Below, piece by piece: positions 39,936-54,312 of a stretch of DNA of 64,000 bases. A model generated the notes under the pieces. The model was not told the DNA's origin, ran no database searches, and saw nothing but the letters and a program-made list of their open reading frames with translations. Each line of letters starts with the position of its first letter. Within the stretch, counting starts at the first letter, position 1. The stretch is from the human T2T-CHM13v2.0 reference genome, Homo sapiens, in assembly GCF_009914755.1 (NCBI RefSeq), contig NC_060942.1; one strand, 5' to 3'. The translations under genes and the position numbers were made by a program.

Positions 39936-41348
39936 GGGATACTTGTCTTGGTGTCTCTCGCAGAGATTGGGAGCTTTCAGAAATGGTGTGTCAGGTCTGA
40001 CCCTATTCTTTTTAAACTAAGAAAAAGGAGAATATTGATGACTGAGCTTCAACTGGAAAAAGTAGTGGTGGAGAAAGACTTCCAACAGGAGTTCAATAAC
40101 CATGGAGATTATGTGATGGATATTCACCAGAAATCTGTGCAAGAAGTGGATGGTTCAGGCAGGGGGCGAGCACATGGAGCTGGGGCTGTCAGTGCAAATA
40201 TAGGGAATATTTCATGGATTCAGACTCACTGTGCAGTAAGAAGTCAGCCTGCCTGACTTCAATATGTAAGTGTTATGTTGTGGAGTCCTGACCTTACAGG
40301 TAGAATGAATCCATTTTTAAATGGAACGCTTTCTACTGAGATGGGCTTTCAATTTGGAGCCCGTTGTTATTCTCTTTTCGTCTATTCCTTATGTAAAATC
40401 CCTTCCTGTAACATACACCTAGAAACATGTTTTATATTCTCAATTTAGACTTGGTTTGAAAGTTTTGCTACTTAGCCATTTTCTTCTTGTATTAATCTCT
40501 GTGTTTCACACTTATATTTGAATTTACATACCCAGAAGTTAAGGTCAAAATGTTGGACAATCTGTAAAGCATAAGCACTGACCCATTAGAATCAGCATCA
40601 GCCATTGTGTTGGAGTAGAATCTGGAAACCACCTTGACCCATTGGTTGCTGGATTTTCAGGTGGCTCATGGAGGGATGAGTGTGCTTGAACATCACAACA
40701 CTCAAGGGCTCAGAACTGTAGCTATCTGATCATCAGAACAAATATATTTCATTATTTTAGCAAACAGCATAATAATGATGCATTAAGTTACTCAGTTGGA
40801 AATCATAAAGCCATCAAACTTTGCATCTGCTAGCCAAACGACGGTTCTATGAGTATATAAAGATCGTACCATCACTTCGTCTCTGTAACCACGTTCCCTC
40901 CCTCCAAGACACATACTCCCAATTGGGTCAATTCTTCAACTGAGACTAAAAATACAAAAAGAAAAAGCTTGATACATCCTCTGACTATTAGTTTCCTGGT
41001 TAGACCATTGGATCAAGGTTTATTACTCCAACTACAAAACAGTTCCTTCCACTGGCTAGTGTGAGGCAATCTGAAAGAGACGTACCCTAGTTGAATGGTA
41101 TAACTTAAGGATTTATTAGCCTTGTAACTTTGAGTAGGTCACTTACCATTTCTCTCATCTGTAAAATATGAGTAGGATATAGTAATCTCTGGTTTCTCCA
41201 GTTTTGGTATTTTGAATCTAGTTGTATGAATTGACATCAGTTTGTGCCTATTGATTATTTAAGTCTGATAAATTACCTGGACATAGTAAAACCAGGAAGG
41301 TAGCTTTTATTCTGTACTTCAGAGGAAAAACAGGAAAAGGTTCATTGA

Positions 41349-41666
<318 letters not shown>

Positions 41667-42373
41667 GACTTTTCTAATGTTTTTGATTTTTACTTCTCAT
41701 CACCAAATTAATTTATGTCAGTAAGTAGTTACTTTTGGGACAAAGGACACACATTTTGGTGGTTTAAAATAATGCATTTTGGAATCATATCAAACTTTCG
41801 TATTTTTTTCCCATAGAATTATTTGGATTTTTATTTACTTATATTTACTTAATGTAAGTAATTGGAGTAATGGCTTTGGAGTTTCGCATGTTTATTTACA
41901 GTTGTCTTCATATATTTTATCCATTAAAATTTATCCTGTCTTATTGATTGTAGTCAGGCTCTGACTTTACTAATATTTTTTCACATAACTATCCAGTTGA
42001 CCCAACAACATTTATGGAATTATCCATCTTTCTCTAATGGTTTAAGATAAGACATATTTTTCCATTTATGTTAAGTGATTTTTAGACTTTTAATTCAGTT
42101 CCATTTATCCATGTATTCGTGTTCAAATACCTTGTTTGGCAACTTAGTGTAATCTCAGCACATTCAGCAACTTCTTTATGATTCAGTTTTCTTATTTTTA
42201 AAAAGGCAGCATTGACAGTGTGTACCTCAGATGTTGCAAACATGAAATAAAATAATGCCCATCTAAACTCTCAGAAAATCTTAGATATTACTGAGCCTGA
42301 AACACTATTATTGTATTTTCTTCTTCCTGCTGCTGAATTCCTTTTATATTTTGCAATCAGTTTCAACCTACTC

Positions 42374-42392
42374 TGTGTGTGTGTGTGTGTGT
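42374..42392. repeat. (TG)n microsatellite
   Basis: Directly visible. Confidence 0.85.
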
Positions 42393-45300
42393 TCGTTCTA
42401 GGAGGTATGTAAACAGATTCACTAAGTTGAAAATCATATAGTTGGGAAAAGGCTTTCTCAGGTTTTTCTAATTCCCAGAATTAGTACTGTCCAGCAGGAA
42501 CCTTTATTCTACATAGTATCCTTTCTACTGGACTGCTGTTTCCATCTGCCCTAGGTCATGCCTACCTCAGTTAATTATGTGTTGTTTCCCCTTGAAAATC
42601 AGCAGGAATGCCTTTCCTGCTTAAAACAAAGACTGATTCCCTGCCAGTCTCTTTCACAAACCTTGCCAACAGTGGATGGAATTGATCAGTTTTGTTTCTC
42701 CTTCTCTAACTCTACAGGGAAAACTTTACTCATAATCATGGATGGGAATAGTGCCCCTAGCTGAGCAGCTGAGATTAAATCCAGCAACTGTTAACCTGGT
42801 ATAGGGCAAGAAGAGAGTATTGGAAACAACAAAACACAAAAATTCACAGGCAATATAGCATCTTTTGTACCTATTTCCAAAACAGAATCTCAGCTTTGTT
42901 TTAATAAAGCATCATTGGCAACAGAATATGCCCCGAGCACCAAAGTTCATAAAAAGTAGCCTTTATAACATGATTATTTATTAGAATGCTTCTTCATTTT
43001 TTAGCACAGAAAATCTAGCATACAATTTCATAACAGACAAAGGAGCCAAAGGGACATAGATTTCTTATGTACTAGCTAGTGAAATGAACTTTTGATTTCA
43101 GTGTTCACATTTAGGAGGCTTAGCAGAGAGAGTACATGGGCTTTTCCACTTTACTGGATTTTGGAGGTAAAAAAGAAAAACATCCAAGCCCAGAAATAAT
43201 GTCTTATAAGCCACGACAAAAATGCCCCAGGTCATGAGAGAAAACTATTGCTTCTGGGTAAAATAAAATTGGAAGCAAAGAGAACTAGAGGTTACAGCAC
43301 CTTGATAGTTGGTGGGGTTCGTATGATTTTGAGTCTTCAAATCAGTTTTGGATGGTCAAGAAGTATTTTTTTACCATCCCGAGGCTGTTAAGCTACAGAT
43401 TTATTTCTGCATTTCTACTTATACCCTATGAAAGTAGCTCTAACATCATGTGCCCAAGGGCAGAGCTTAAAGGAATATTTTCTGTGGAAGTGGAATAATC
43501 AGTCAAAATTTGGAATCACTCCCAGTTCTTCGGAAGTAAAGTTAATTAATCTGGAAGCACATCGTTTGTGTATAAGAAATTCAAGAGCAGCATAATGAGT
43601 TCAGCAATTAGCTTTAACTTTTCGGAAACATTTCTCAGAAATATATGCATTGAAGTCTCTCCCCCAACTGTATTTTTAACTGGTGTATTACAGCTGATTT
43701 TTAAACATGCCATCCCATTGGTTGATCTTGTCATAGAGGGAAAAATCCATTATTAGCTCTGCTTGTACAGTAAAGTTCTGCTTTATTATGTAATCTCATT
43801 TCTGATTTACTATTTGCTGTAAGTGAACGTATGACTACAATGTGTAATGAACATTGTGTAGCATCTTGAAAAGACAAAGATTAATGCCTCCTTGACAGTT
43901 TTTTTCCCCACTTATTCCTTGGGGAACACCTATTCTACTTGTCCTGTAACTGGAATTACACATTCACCCCCCAGTAATTTTTATAATGATTTCACCAAAG
44001 AACTTGAATAAAAGTAGTTCAATAAATGACACTGTAATACATATACTTTGGAGTCCTATTGTGTTTTTCTAAGAAAATGTAAAATCATATTTAGGGTCAG
44101 ATTTTATTTTATGTGTTATTGAATGCATTGTAAATCTAGAGGGCTGTTTAACCAGGTTCCGTCAGGTAAATTAATTACCACCACAACTGGGTTTAATTTG
44201 TCTTTTTATCTTTTCTGTATTAATAAAGTCAGTGTTTTACAGCTTCGATATTACCTTTTTGAAAGTTCTTATGTTTCTATTAATGAACAATTAAACGGTA
44301 TTTGTATTCTTCAAAATTGCTAAAAAGTCAGTAAGTAGATAATTATAATTAATAACACATTCATAGTCTACCAGTATCTTACGATGTATACTTGTCTTTT
44401 TCTTCAAAGTGAGGTGACCTCACCAAAATATTCTTCACAGTAGGTTGAGAATAGAATTTGAAACTTAACAATATTTTTAGCTCTTTTAAGATTATGTTGC
44501 TCTATTTTATCCTATTTTTGTATCTCATTCATGGATCATTCTTGGTGTTTATTCAATTTTAGTCAAATTTATTAAATATGATACACATTTTCTTAAAAGT
44601 GTTTAAGACTTACTCCAGAAAATAGTTTGTCATAAAGCGAAAGAGTTTTTCAGACAATAGAATTCCCAAACAGCCTACTTAATTCTGTTTGTGAATGACT
44701 TGAGGCATCACATGAAAACTGCAATAAACCACAGTCTCCATCACTCCCTTTTCTTTCATACTGAGTTTGTAATCTCTGGCCTCCAGAAAAATATTTGGTT
44801 AAAAATCTAGTCAAAAAGTTTGTATGTTGTTTCCCTTTGGGTTATTCCATTTATCATTTCCTGAAAACCAAAATTCCCTTAGCCCTCCTAGTCTGCTCTT
44901 CTTTTCCAAACAAATAGCAAATTGAGTTTAAGAAGGAGCCTGAAATGAACAATGTCAAGTCTAATTCTGAAGCTCAGCTAAAGCTAAATAGACATGCTAG
45001 AAGAGTAGCATCCATCTGAAATATAATTATTGAGCACCTTTTCCATGCTAGACCTTATTCTAGCTGCTGGATATTGAAAGAAATGTAAATTTCAAAATTA
45101 TGGACAAGGATATGGGAATTGCTGTTTAAACAACCTTTACTGCAATTATGATCTTACCAGTGGGTTTTGACCAGACACCAGATAATCATCTTATAAGTTG
45201 AGACAGGTGATACTTCACTAACTTACTGTGGATAGAACATTGAATATAGCTTTATATACATAAAACATACATATAACACAAGCACACATCCTTCAGCTAT

Positions 45301-48300
45301 TCAAAATAGATTTTATTTTTCCAAATTTCAATAGCAATTCTAGTACAAGTATAATACAAGTTTAACTTAAAATTGGCATCCTATCTAAAAGGCTGAATTA
45401 TAAAAATAAATTTTGGTAACATCTTCAGTTTATCTTACTAGGCTTAAAGGCATATCAAGAGAAGAAATAAAAATCAATGTATTTTATTTCTAGGATTGGT
45501 ACTATTATTGACACAAGGATATTGCATCAATATACTCTCTAGCTATCATTTTTATTTTTTGCATATTACTTTTTAAGGGTGGCCTGTGAAAGCAACACGA
45601 GATTCCCAAATTATAGACTTAAAGGTTTACTTTAAAAAGATGAGATGATTGTTATTTAACTTTCATCCATCTGTTTCTCTTTAAAAAACTGCATTTGCAG
45701 CAAATCAAGAGTAACACGATTTTGAAAACTGAAAAACAAAAAACAAAATATCTGAGCAGCCAATATACTTTAGGATAATTTTCTAATGTTCTATGAAAAT
45801 AGGTAAATCAATACAAGGTGAAAATGTTTTGTTTATTTCTAGAGATGTTGATTATGTATCAAACCCAGTTTGTCCATGAATGTTAAATAGACACTTACCA
45901 AGTGTCTATTTGGTTAAAATTTGGTTAAAATTTATTTTAACCAAAGAATTCAGGAGACATCAGGTTATTATTTTTATGTAGTTACAGTGCTTAGATGGGC
46001 ATTTGTTGAACACTGGAAACTTCTTATTCTCCAAGCCACATAAATAACAGGCATATGAACATTCAGATAATATGGATGATAGTTGCCATTGTTGAAAAAT
46101 CAGCATTTATTAAATTCTTACTATGGAAATTATATATTTAGTATCTCATTTGGTCTACCCAGCTGCAGTATGAAGCAGGTACTGTTAGTGGTTCCAGCTA
46201 ATAAGTAAGTGATTATAGAAATGAGTAGAGGTTATTTTGGCGATTTTTCTATAGTTAAAATTTCTACCTCTTGACATAATCCATTCATTTTCCCCCAAAG
46301 TTTCTGCCTTGCTTTCCTCATTTTATAATATAATTTAGCTTGATTTTTATATTAATTGTTCAATTCCACTCCTAAGATCAAATGTTAGGGTGGGACAACG
46401 AGACACAGTGACAGGGAGTTTGAATAGAGACAAAAGCCCTTGGAGGGGAGAGTATTTAATTTGCGAATCTCATGTTGCTTTCACAGGCCACAAAGCAGAT
46501 GGTCAGGTTCAGAAGTTTAGTGCCTGGCACAGAGCTGGGCACAGGATAAATCTTCTGTAAGCCATTTCAAATGAAGAAGTGAATAACCAAATAGAAGAAG
46601 TCGTAAGACCATCCTGTCTCAAAATAGTTGGAAAGCAGGCTGAAGGAGGCAACATTAGTTTCTGTTCATTACATGTTTGTTACAATACAGCGTATTGACC
46701 AACTTTTCATACTACATTAAATTTCACAACCATTTTATGAAATGGTACACTTTTCAGGTGTGAAACTAGCAGAAAAACCAGATGTTCTGATTTCATCAGG
46801 AAAACCAAATAGATGGATTTAATCCATGGTAGAGGTGAGGTTGGGAGGTCTCCAATGATGCTGTCACGATTTCTCTGTTCTCTGTTTACCTCCAGGAATC
46901 TGGATGATTGACACAGGAAACAAGTAATTTGCACACAATAGTAAGTGGCAGGACTCTGAAGTCCTGGAAACAGAGTGTCTGTCTAATGTTTCACTACTTC
47001 AGGCTCTCACTGTTCCTAGGTCAGGGACCAAGACCACAGGTCTTGTGAGCAGATAGGGTAGAGATAACCCAACATGCAAAAATGATGATTTTTACAACTG
47101 ACGAGCAAGATGTCGCAGACAGATGAAGCCTGCCTGCCTAACTTCAGGGTAGGAGTCCCAGCCTTCAGGGTTTTGTGTAAATGAGGAGAGGCAGGAGTCA
47201 TAGTTGATATTCAAAGCACTACCAGCAAAGAATTTTGGTCTCAATTCCCACTCTACAGATCATTAGCCACTCAGTTTTTGGCAAATAGCTTTTCTTGACT
47301 TCAGTTTACTGGTTTCTTCAACTGTAAAGTAGGAATGTTGAACATTAGGCTATATGGCAGAATGAATTTTAATAGATGTCATAAGTATAGATGAGGCTAT
47401 TTTATCTGCTTGATGTCTGTAATGCCACATCCCAGACCACTGGAAAGCACAGTTAACACTGCAAATATACAAGCAGTTTTGACTTCTTTTGATTCTATTT
47501 TGCATCATGAAGGCAAAGTATAACCTCTCATTTATTCAAGGCCCATTTATTTTTTTTTATTCAGTGATTGGGTAAATGCAGATAGTTTCTAAAATGCCTT
47601 TCTAATTATTGGAGGAATTATTTGAAGGTTTGGCTGGGTATTTCTGTGAGACGAGATGGGGAAGATGGAGATAGAGGAATTAATATTTCTCAGGTTTATG
47701 AGAAATTCTAAATGAAGAGTAAACCTACCTTAAAGTAAACCTACCAGGAGTAAACCTACCATGAAGATTGTGTGGACTTCCCTCTCTCCATGTTTTCCTC
47801 TTAGATAAAAAAATATTTTGAAAGTAAGTATCAAATCATTTAATAATTAACCAGGCATCCTTCATCTAAAATAGTTGATTTACTTGCTAGACTCACATGC
47901 ACCCTAGACATGCCACAGGTAACTATTCTTTTCTGTTTTTAACTGACTGTGAGCTTGAGAAAATAGAATCGCCTTGTAAGCACTTGCTTGTACAGAAGTT
48001 GTTTATTAGTTATCCATCACAGAAAGCCCGCCAGCAGGGTTTGGGGCTATATGTAATTCCAGAAAAGAAATCTTTGGTGTCTTCATATCCAAAGGTGTTT
48101 CCACTGACCCATTAACGTTGGGCATGCCTTCAGAGAGGCCTCCCAAGGACTGACTGTGTCTGTGTTTGTCAGAGAAGAGATAATTGGCCCCCACAGGAAT
48201 GAGAGCCATGACCTGAGCTTCCTAAGTGAAACTGTCAGAAAAGCTTCCAGGGTCAGACCTGCAGTCTAAGCAGCCTCTACACTCTGTTGCTGACAGTGGA

Positions 48301-48769
48301 ATCAAGAGTTATGTTGCATAAAGTCCTTGAAACCAGGTGAACCACAAGTTCTGGGTGTCTTCGGCTTCTTGTAACACTATAGGGAGCTCTTGTGTGAATA
48401 GCCTAACCATCCTCATCTGTTCTCAGTTCTCCTGTCTCCCAGGTTCTAGTGCTTTCCAGCCTCCCGATCAGTCCCCACTATTTCCAGTTTCTATTTACTT
48501 TTTCTCCTTATCCCAAGTTTTCATTTCTACTTAGAGCATCTTCAACAAAGTATGGCACTTCCAATAATTTGATCTGAATGAGGAGTAAGACTTAGGGTAA
48601 AAGAGTAGATTGTTTTGACATTACTTATTTTCTCCCTGTATTTTCTATATTCACAGATGTAATAGTAAACAAAACGTCTTAGGTTTCCGTATAGCTTTAT
48701 AAGGTTTTAAAATGCTGTTTTAATTAATAACATAATGCCGTATTTTGTCGATAAGGACATGACCGTGAT

Positions 48770-48965
48770 GTGGTACAAAGACTACACACATACTTTGGAA
48801 ACAATAGTTGCAAGTTCACTTCTAGCTTTACCAAGTATTTGATACCAGAGAGAAAGGCAAAATGCTCATGATCCACTCTAGCTTCAGTTTTCTTATTTGT
48901 AAAATAGAAATAATCACTTGTACCTTGCACAGTTAGAGTTAATAAGCCTGAGCAATGTGATATTG
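48770..48965 (+). mobile_element. MIR remnant
   Basis: Core 'gcttcagttttcttatttgtaaaatagaaataatcacttgtacct'. Confidence 0.6.
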
Positions 48966-49044
48966 TTAGAGGGGCATCTACATAATCTGCCCAAATGGTC
49001 ATAAGGATGGTGACAGGTGACTTAAAACATTAGCGTATAAATTC

Positions 49045-49345
<301 letters not shown>

Positions 49346-49624
49346 ATTAGAGTCTAAATTCTTATGGTGGCTTGTTTAATAATGAATAAAGGTGATTATG
49401 ATTCAATTCAAATAACACAACTCCTTGTTTAAATAATTTAAGTCAATGTCTGTTAGAAATACAGTTGCATGCCTTGAATAAGTAAGTTAATTTAAATACG
49501 TGTGTGTATGTATATGTGAATATAGATAGATAATTTCATTATTCTATTTATGAAGATGTCTTTTTAAGATGTTTATGGAACTTAAGATGATAGAATTACT
49601 CTTCATAGCTAATTAAGAGAGCAA

Positions 49625-49947
<323 letters not shown>

Positions 49948-52306
49948 TTATGAATTCACTACAACTTTTAATTAGAATTTTGTTAGTCATAATGGAATCT
50001 TTATATTCTTGAAAAATGATCTGAAACGTCTGTTTTTTGAAAAGCATGTTAATAGGTTTGTTACAATAGTCAGCATGCATATTGATTTAACGACTCCTTT
50101 GCATGACTCTAAAACATGCTCCATGTACGCACCAGAGTTCCCTCCTTGGCCCACAAATTAGAAGTAACTGTTATACAACAAATTAGGTATGAATTTTCAA
50201 TATGAAATTCCAGTGCTCCTTGACAATTCTTTTTCTCTAGGCTATGAGTGTGGGTCTCAGCTTTAAGCTGATGGGTTAAATTCTATATGTATAAGCAGAT
50301 CCACATTCTCTTCTTTTAGCTTTTCTGCTTCATAAGTATTTTGCTGTTTAACTGATCCATCACCATTACATGTGGTTTACTTTTCCATTTTGGAAAAAAA
50401 TGGTAAAAAAATAATATCATGTATATTCCTTCTTAAATAGATTCAATACTCTGGTAAAAACAAACACTAAGTAAATGCCTAATGGCGTGAATCTGAGAGG
50501 AGAGTGCTTTTAGTAAATTCAGGCTGCAGACATGTTTGGGTAACATTTTGCTATCCTTGCTCTAAAGATACATGCTAATGGATGGGCAAGAGTAGCATTA
50601 ATGAGCTCACTCCATTAAATTAGTTCTTTTTTTCTTGTTAAATATCCAAAAGAGAAAGATGGTCCACTTAACTAGGGAAAAAAAGTTTCATTTTAGTGCA
50701 GTAGAAAATATGATGCATATTTTCTTTCTAATTTAATTTCTAACCATTAAGATTCAATTGTACAAATGACCCACTGAAGCACTTGGAGAGATTAGAAAAC
50801 TATAAACTGAATGTCATTTGAATTTGGCTGTCTAGACACCATGATGTTATATAGGGTAATTCGAATTTAACATCATATTTTTATGAGGCCACCAAGATAA
50901 GCCCAGTGACTTCTGTGAATAATCACTAATGAGGCCCTCAAATGGAATGTGAGAATTGATCTCTTCTCTGGTGGTTGTTTTTATTAAACACCATATTGGC
51001 CAACCCTTCCAATCACTGTGATTTGAACTTTTGTTTGAATAGTCAAGTTTTCTCTTGGAATTGTAGAAAAAGGTCGCTGTCAGTCTGTGGGCTGAGGAAA
51101 AAGGATTACAGCTCTAATGAGCCAAATCTGTGCAAATGAGAAAATAATAATCTCCTCATAATTAGAACTCCCTTTTTAAACTAACTGTTGGTCGTGAGTT
51201 TTTCAAAAGAAGAAAAATCATTTCATTATTTGGTTAAAAGAATATTTGGAAATTAATGCCACTGGAAAGGGGGAATTAAAATGACTTCAGCTCGTTTACC
51301 CAAATATGTTCATTGCTGGAACCTCATCCTGATTTTCTAGTCAAAACAATTATTGTTGTTTTCCATGAAGTTTAGATAGCGAGAATCATGCATTGTCTGT
51401 TCATGCAGTAGTTGACATTTACTGCATACAGCAATCACTTTCAGTCTTTCTGAAGACTGCGCTGTAGGAAGGAAGGCTAGCACGCCCATTTTACAGATGG
51501 AGAAATGGAGTATTGCTTTCTCAAGCCTCAAAGAAATTCTTGAAATGGTATTAGAAATCAGGACTGTCAGCTCCCATGCTCAATTTGTAGATCATTGTAA
51601 GCAGCAGCAGCAGCAGTAACAGCAGTACTGGTAGAGTAAATCGAGAGGAGAAAGCATTTCAACAATTCCAGCAGTACTCAGTTAGGAGGAGATTTTATTT
51701 GGAACTCACAACACACAGAAGCATGTGTCTACTTGGTTGTGGGTGGGTGCTCAGGACTGCCCTAGGATATTAAGACATATTACTTTAGTAGAGGCATACA
51801 ATTCTCCCAGGCTTTCCTAGCTCCTTTTTTGAGCTTCTCCTGGCATTGAAGGGTCTTCTGGGTCCCCCGTGTATCTGCAACCTGACCTTTCTGAGGCTTG
51901 AAACCAAGAGAGTTTAGAAGCCAACCTGTAATTAAATAGCCATGTGGAAAACCATGCTGGAAAAGGCAACCCCATGGGGGAGTTCAAACTGAAAGGAAAA
52001 ACAGTGAAGGTATAAGATGTGAGCCTTCTTGTATCCCTTCTGTGGAATGTCACATCACAGTAGAGGAGGATTCCAGCTGAAGAGTGGGTCATTTGTGTGC
52101 AGGCCCCTGGAATGGGGCAGCAATGTTTGCTTGCTTTTCTGGAGTTTCAGGGAAGCCAAAGTTCAAAAGCCAAGGACTTTCCATGATTAAAGTTCCATTC
52201 TCAAGAAAGCACCACTATGCATTAATGTCAATAAGTCACCATGACAAACCAGTAAAATAGGGCAAATATAATCTTACTTTTCATATATTAGTGATGTTAA
52301 AAAAAT

Positions 52307-52424
52307 GGCCCATTGGCTCATGCCTGCCATCCCAGCACTTTGGGAGGCCAAGATGACAATTACTTGAACCCAGGAGTTTGAGAACAGCCTGGGCAACATA
52401 GACCCTGTCTCTGCAAAAAAAAAA
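52307..52424 (+). mobile_element. Alu monomer (FLAM-like)
   Basis: Single monomer with an A tail. Confidence 0.85.
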
Positions 52425-52561
52425 TTATAATTATAATTTAAAATAATGGCCCATAGTGGTAATGTGGCTGTCCCTAAGATCACAAAACTAGTTGTTATGA
52501 GAGCTTGACTTGCTAATCCTGTTATCTGATGCTTTGTTGAGGACTAATGGTGGATTGATCC

Positions 52562-53091
52562 TGTAGAGGCCAGGGGAAGACTTTCTCTTCACCTTCTGAA
52601 GTTTCACTGAGAAATCAACTGACAAAAAGAAGATTCATTGAAAAAAAGGCATACATATTTATGAACATACACATGCGGAGGACCACAGAGGGATTGCTTC
52701 TATTCCCCAGTAGGATTCAGAAGCTCGTATACAATCTTGAGGTTACAGCAAGAATGGGTGCTTGGATCATGGCAAAATAGGCTATAGTGGTAAAACACAT
52801 GAGGGGACCAGGGAAGAGGAGGCCTGGATAGCAAAAGGTCTTGTTTTGCAGATGAGATCAAATAGATGGTGAATGTTTCTTTAAGACCTTTAAAGGTATC
52901 AGATATTCAGTTAATCTTTTCTAAATCTGGACTAGAGAAAGCCTGGCTCCATCAATGCAGGTTTTCTCTACATATGCTCTTCTGCCCCATGAAGACAATT
53001 TTCAAGGCTACTTCTGTTTGCAGGCCCTCTGAACAGCCATCTCAAAACAGGCCAAAGTATATTTTGGGGTAAATTATTTTGGTTTATTTCA
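52562..53091 (-). mobile_element. ERV1 LTR of the MER4 group (MER34/LTR29/LTR49-like), 3' LTR of the adjacent internal sequence
   Basis: The reverse complement starts 'tgaaataaaccaaaataatttaccccaaaatatac...ttttgagatggctgttcagagggcctgca' and ends 'ctaca'. It is preceded on the minus strand by a degenerate polypurine tract 'tttcaaagtaggaac'. Confidence 0.7.
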
Positions 53092-53998
53092 GTTCCTACT
53101 TTGAAACTTCAAAAAATTACATACATAAAAAGGCAAATTGGTAGCTTTGGAGAAATTTGGGTTAGAGGTTCTTAGATTAGATAGGCAAAGGAAGGGGAAG
53201 ACAAACTAGGATAAGCAAAAAGATAAATAAATAAATAAATAAATATATTATTCCATATCATCTTGAATCAGTTTTGTAGTCCAGAGAGTAGATCAGCTAC
53301 AGCTGTTTTCCATTCTAGCAGGTGCATTGCCAATGGGCTAGACGTCTATATAGGATGCAGCAAATCCATCTCTAATAAGAGGCATTTCTATGGAAACTAA
53401 GAAAAACAAAGGTTAATATCTGGAGTGGTCTGTAGATTTGTTTTTCTAGAGTGTCTAATGCATCTTCAGATGGCAGTGGCAATGTTTCTGGATTGTAGTT
53501 TAAATCAGGTGTTCAAGTGAACTTTATAAGTAGTTCATACATCAGCTGGCACAAAAGCTGCTTATATATAAGTTGCTCCGGTGATTTCTCCCAACATTTA
53601 TATCAAGTTGTGTAGCTTCAGTGTGCAGAGCTTCAAGAAAAGCACAGTTTTTGGTTTTAAGTGATTCTAAGGCAGAAAAATGGGAGAAAAATTTGAAAAC
53701 ATTAGTTTGGACACTTGTAGCCAGGAAGTAATTCAGGATTCAGTTCAAATTATAGACAAATAAAAAAACCTCCAAAACAATGGGCAGGGCTAGAATCTAA
53801 AAACATATGTACTACAGTTTTCTTTTGAAACATAATTTCTCCTCCGGTTCCCCTTTTCTACCAAAGACAAATCATGTGTAGTAAGACCATTTGTTTGCAA
53901 AATAAATTTTAGTCTTAGAATACTCAGCCTTATTATTTGCATAGAGTATAGCAAGAATAGTGATTGGCCATATAGGTTCTTTAAAAGTTGGCTTTGCT

Positions 53999-54312
53999 AG
54001 CCGGGCGCTGTGCTTCATGCCTGTAATCCCAGCACTCTGGGAGGCTGAGGCAGGCAGATCACGAGGTCAGGAGACCGAGACCATCCTGGCTAACACGGTG
54101 GAACCCCATCTCTACTAAAAATACAGAAAGTGAGCCAGGTGCCAGGTGTGGTGACATGTGCCTGTAGTCCCAGCTGCTCAGGAGGCCGAGGCAGGAGATA
54201 TACCTAGAACCTGCGGGCGGAGGTTGCAGTGAGCTGGGATCTCACCACTGCACTCCAGCCTGGATGACAAAGCGAGAATCTGAATCCATTTCAAAAAAAA
54301 AAAAAAAAAAAA
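53999..54312 (+). mobile_element. Alu (AluSc/Y-like)
   Basis: Contains 'gatcacgaggtcaggagaccgagaccatcctggctaacacgg'. Degenerate TSD around 'ttggctt'. Confidence 0.92.

Noticed and set aside
51601-51626. (CAG)n run
   Set aside because: Only about five pure units, interrupted, and not within a supported coding exon.
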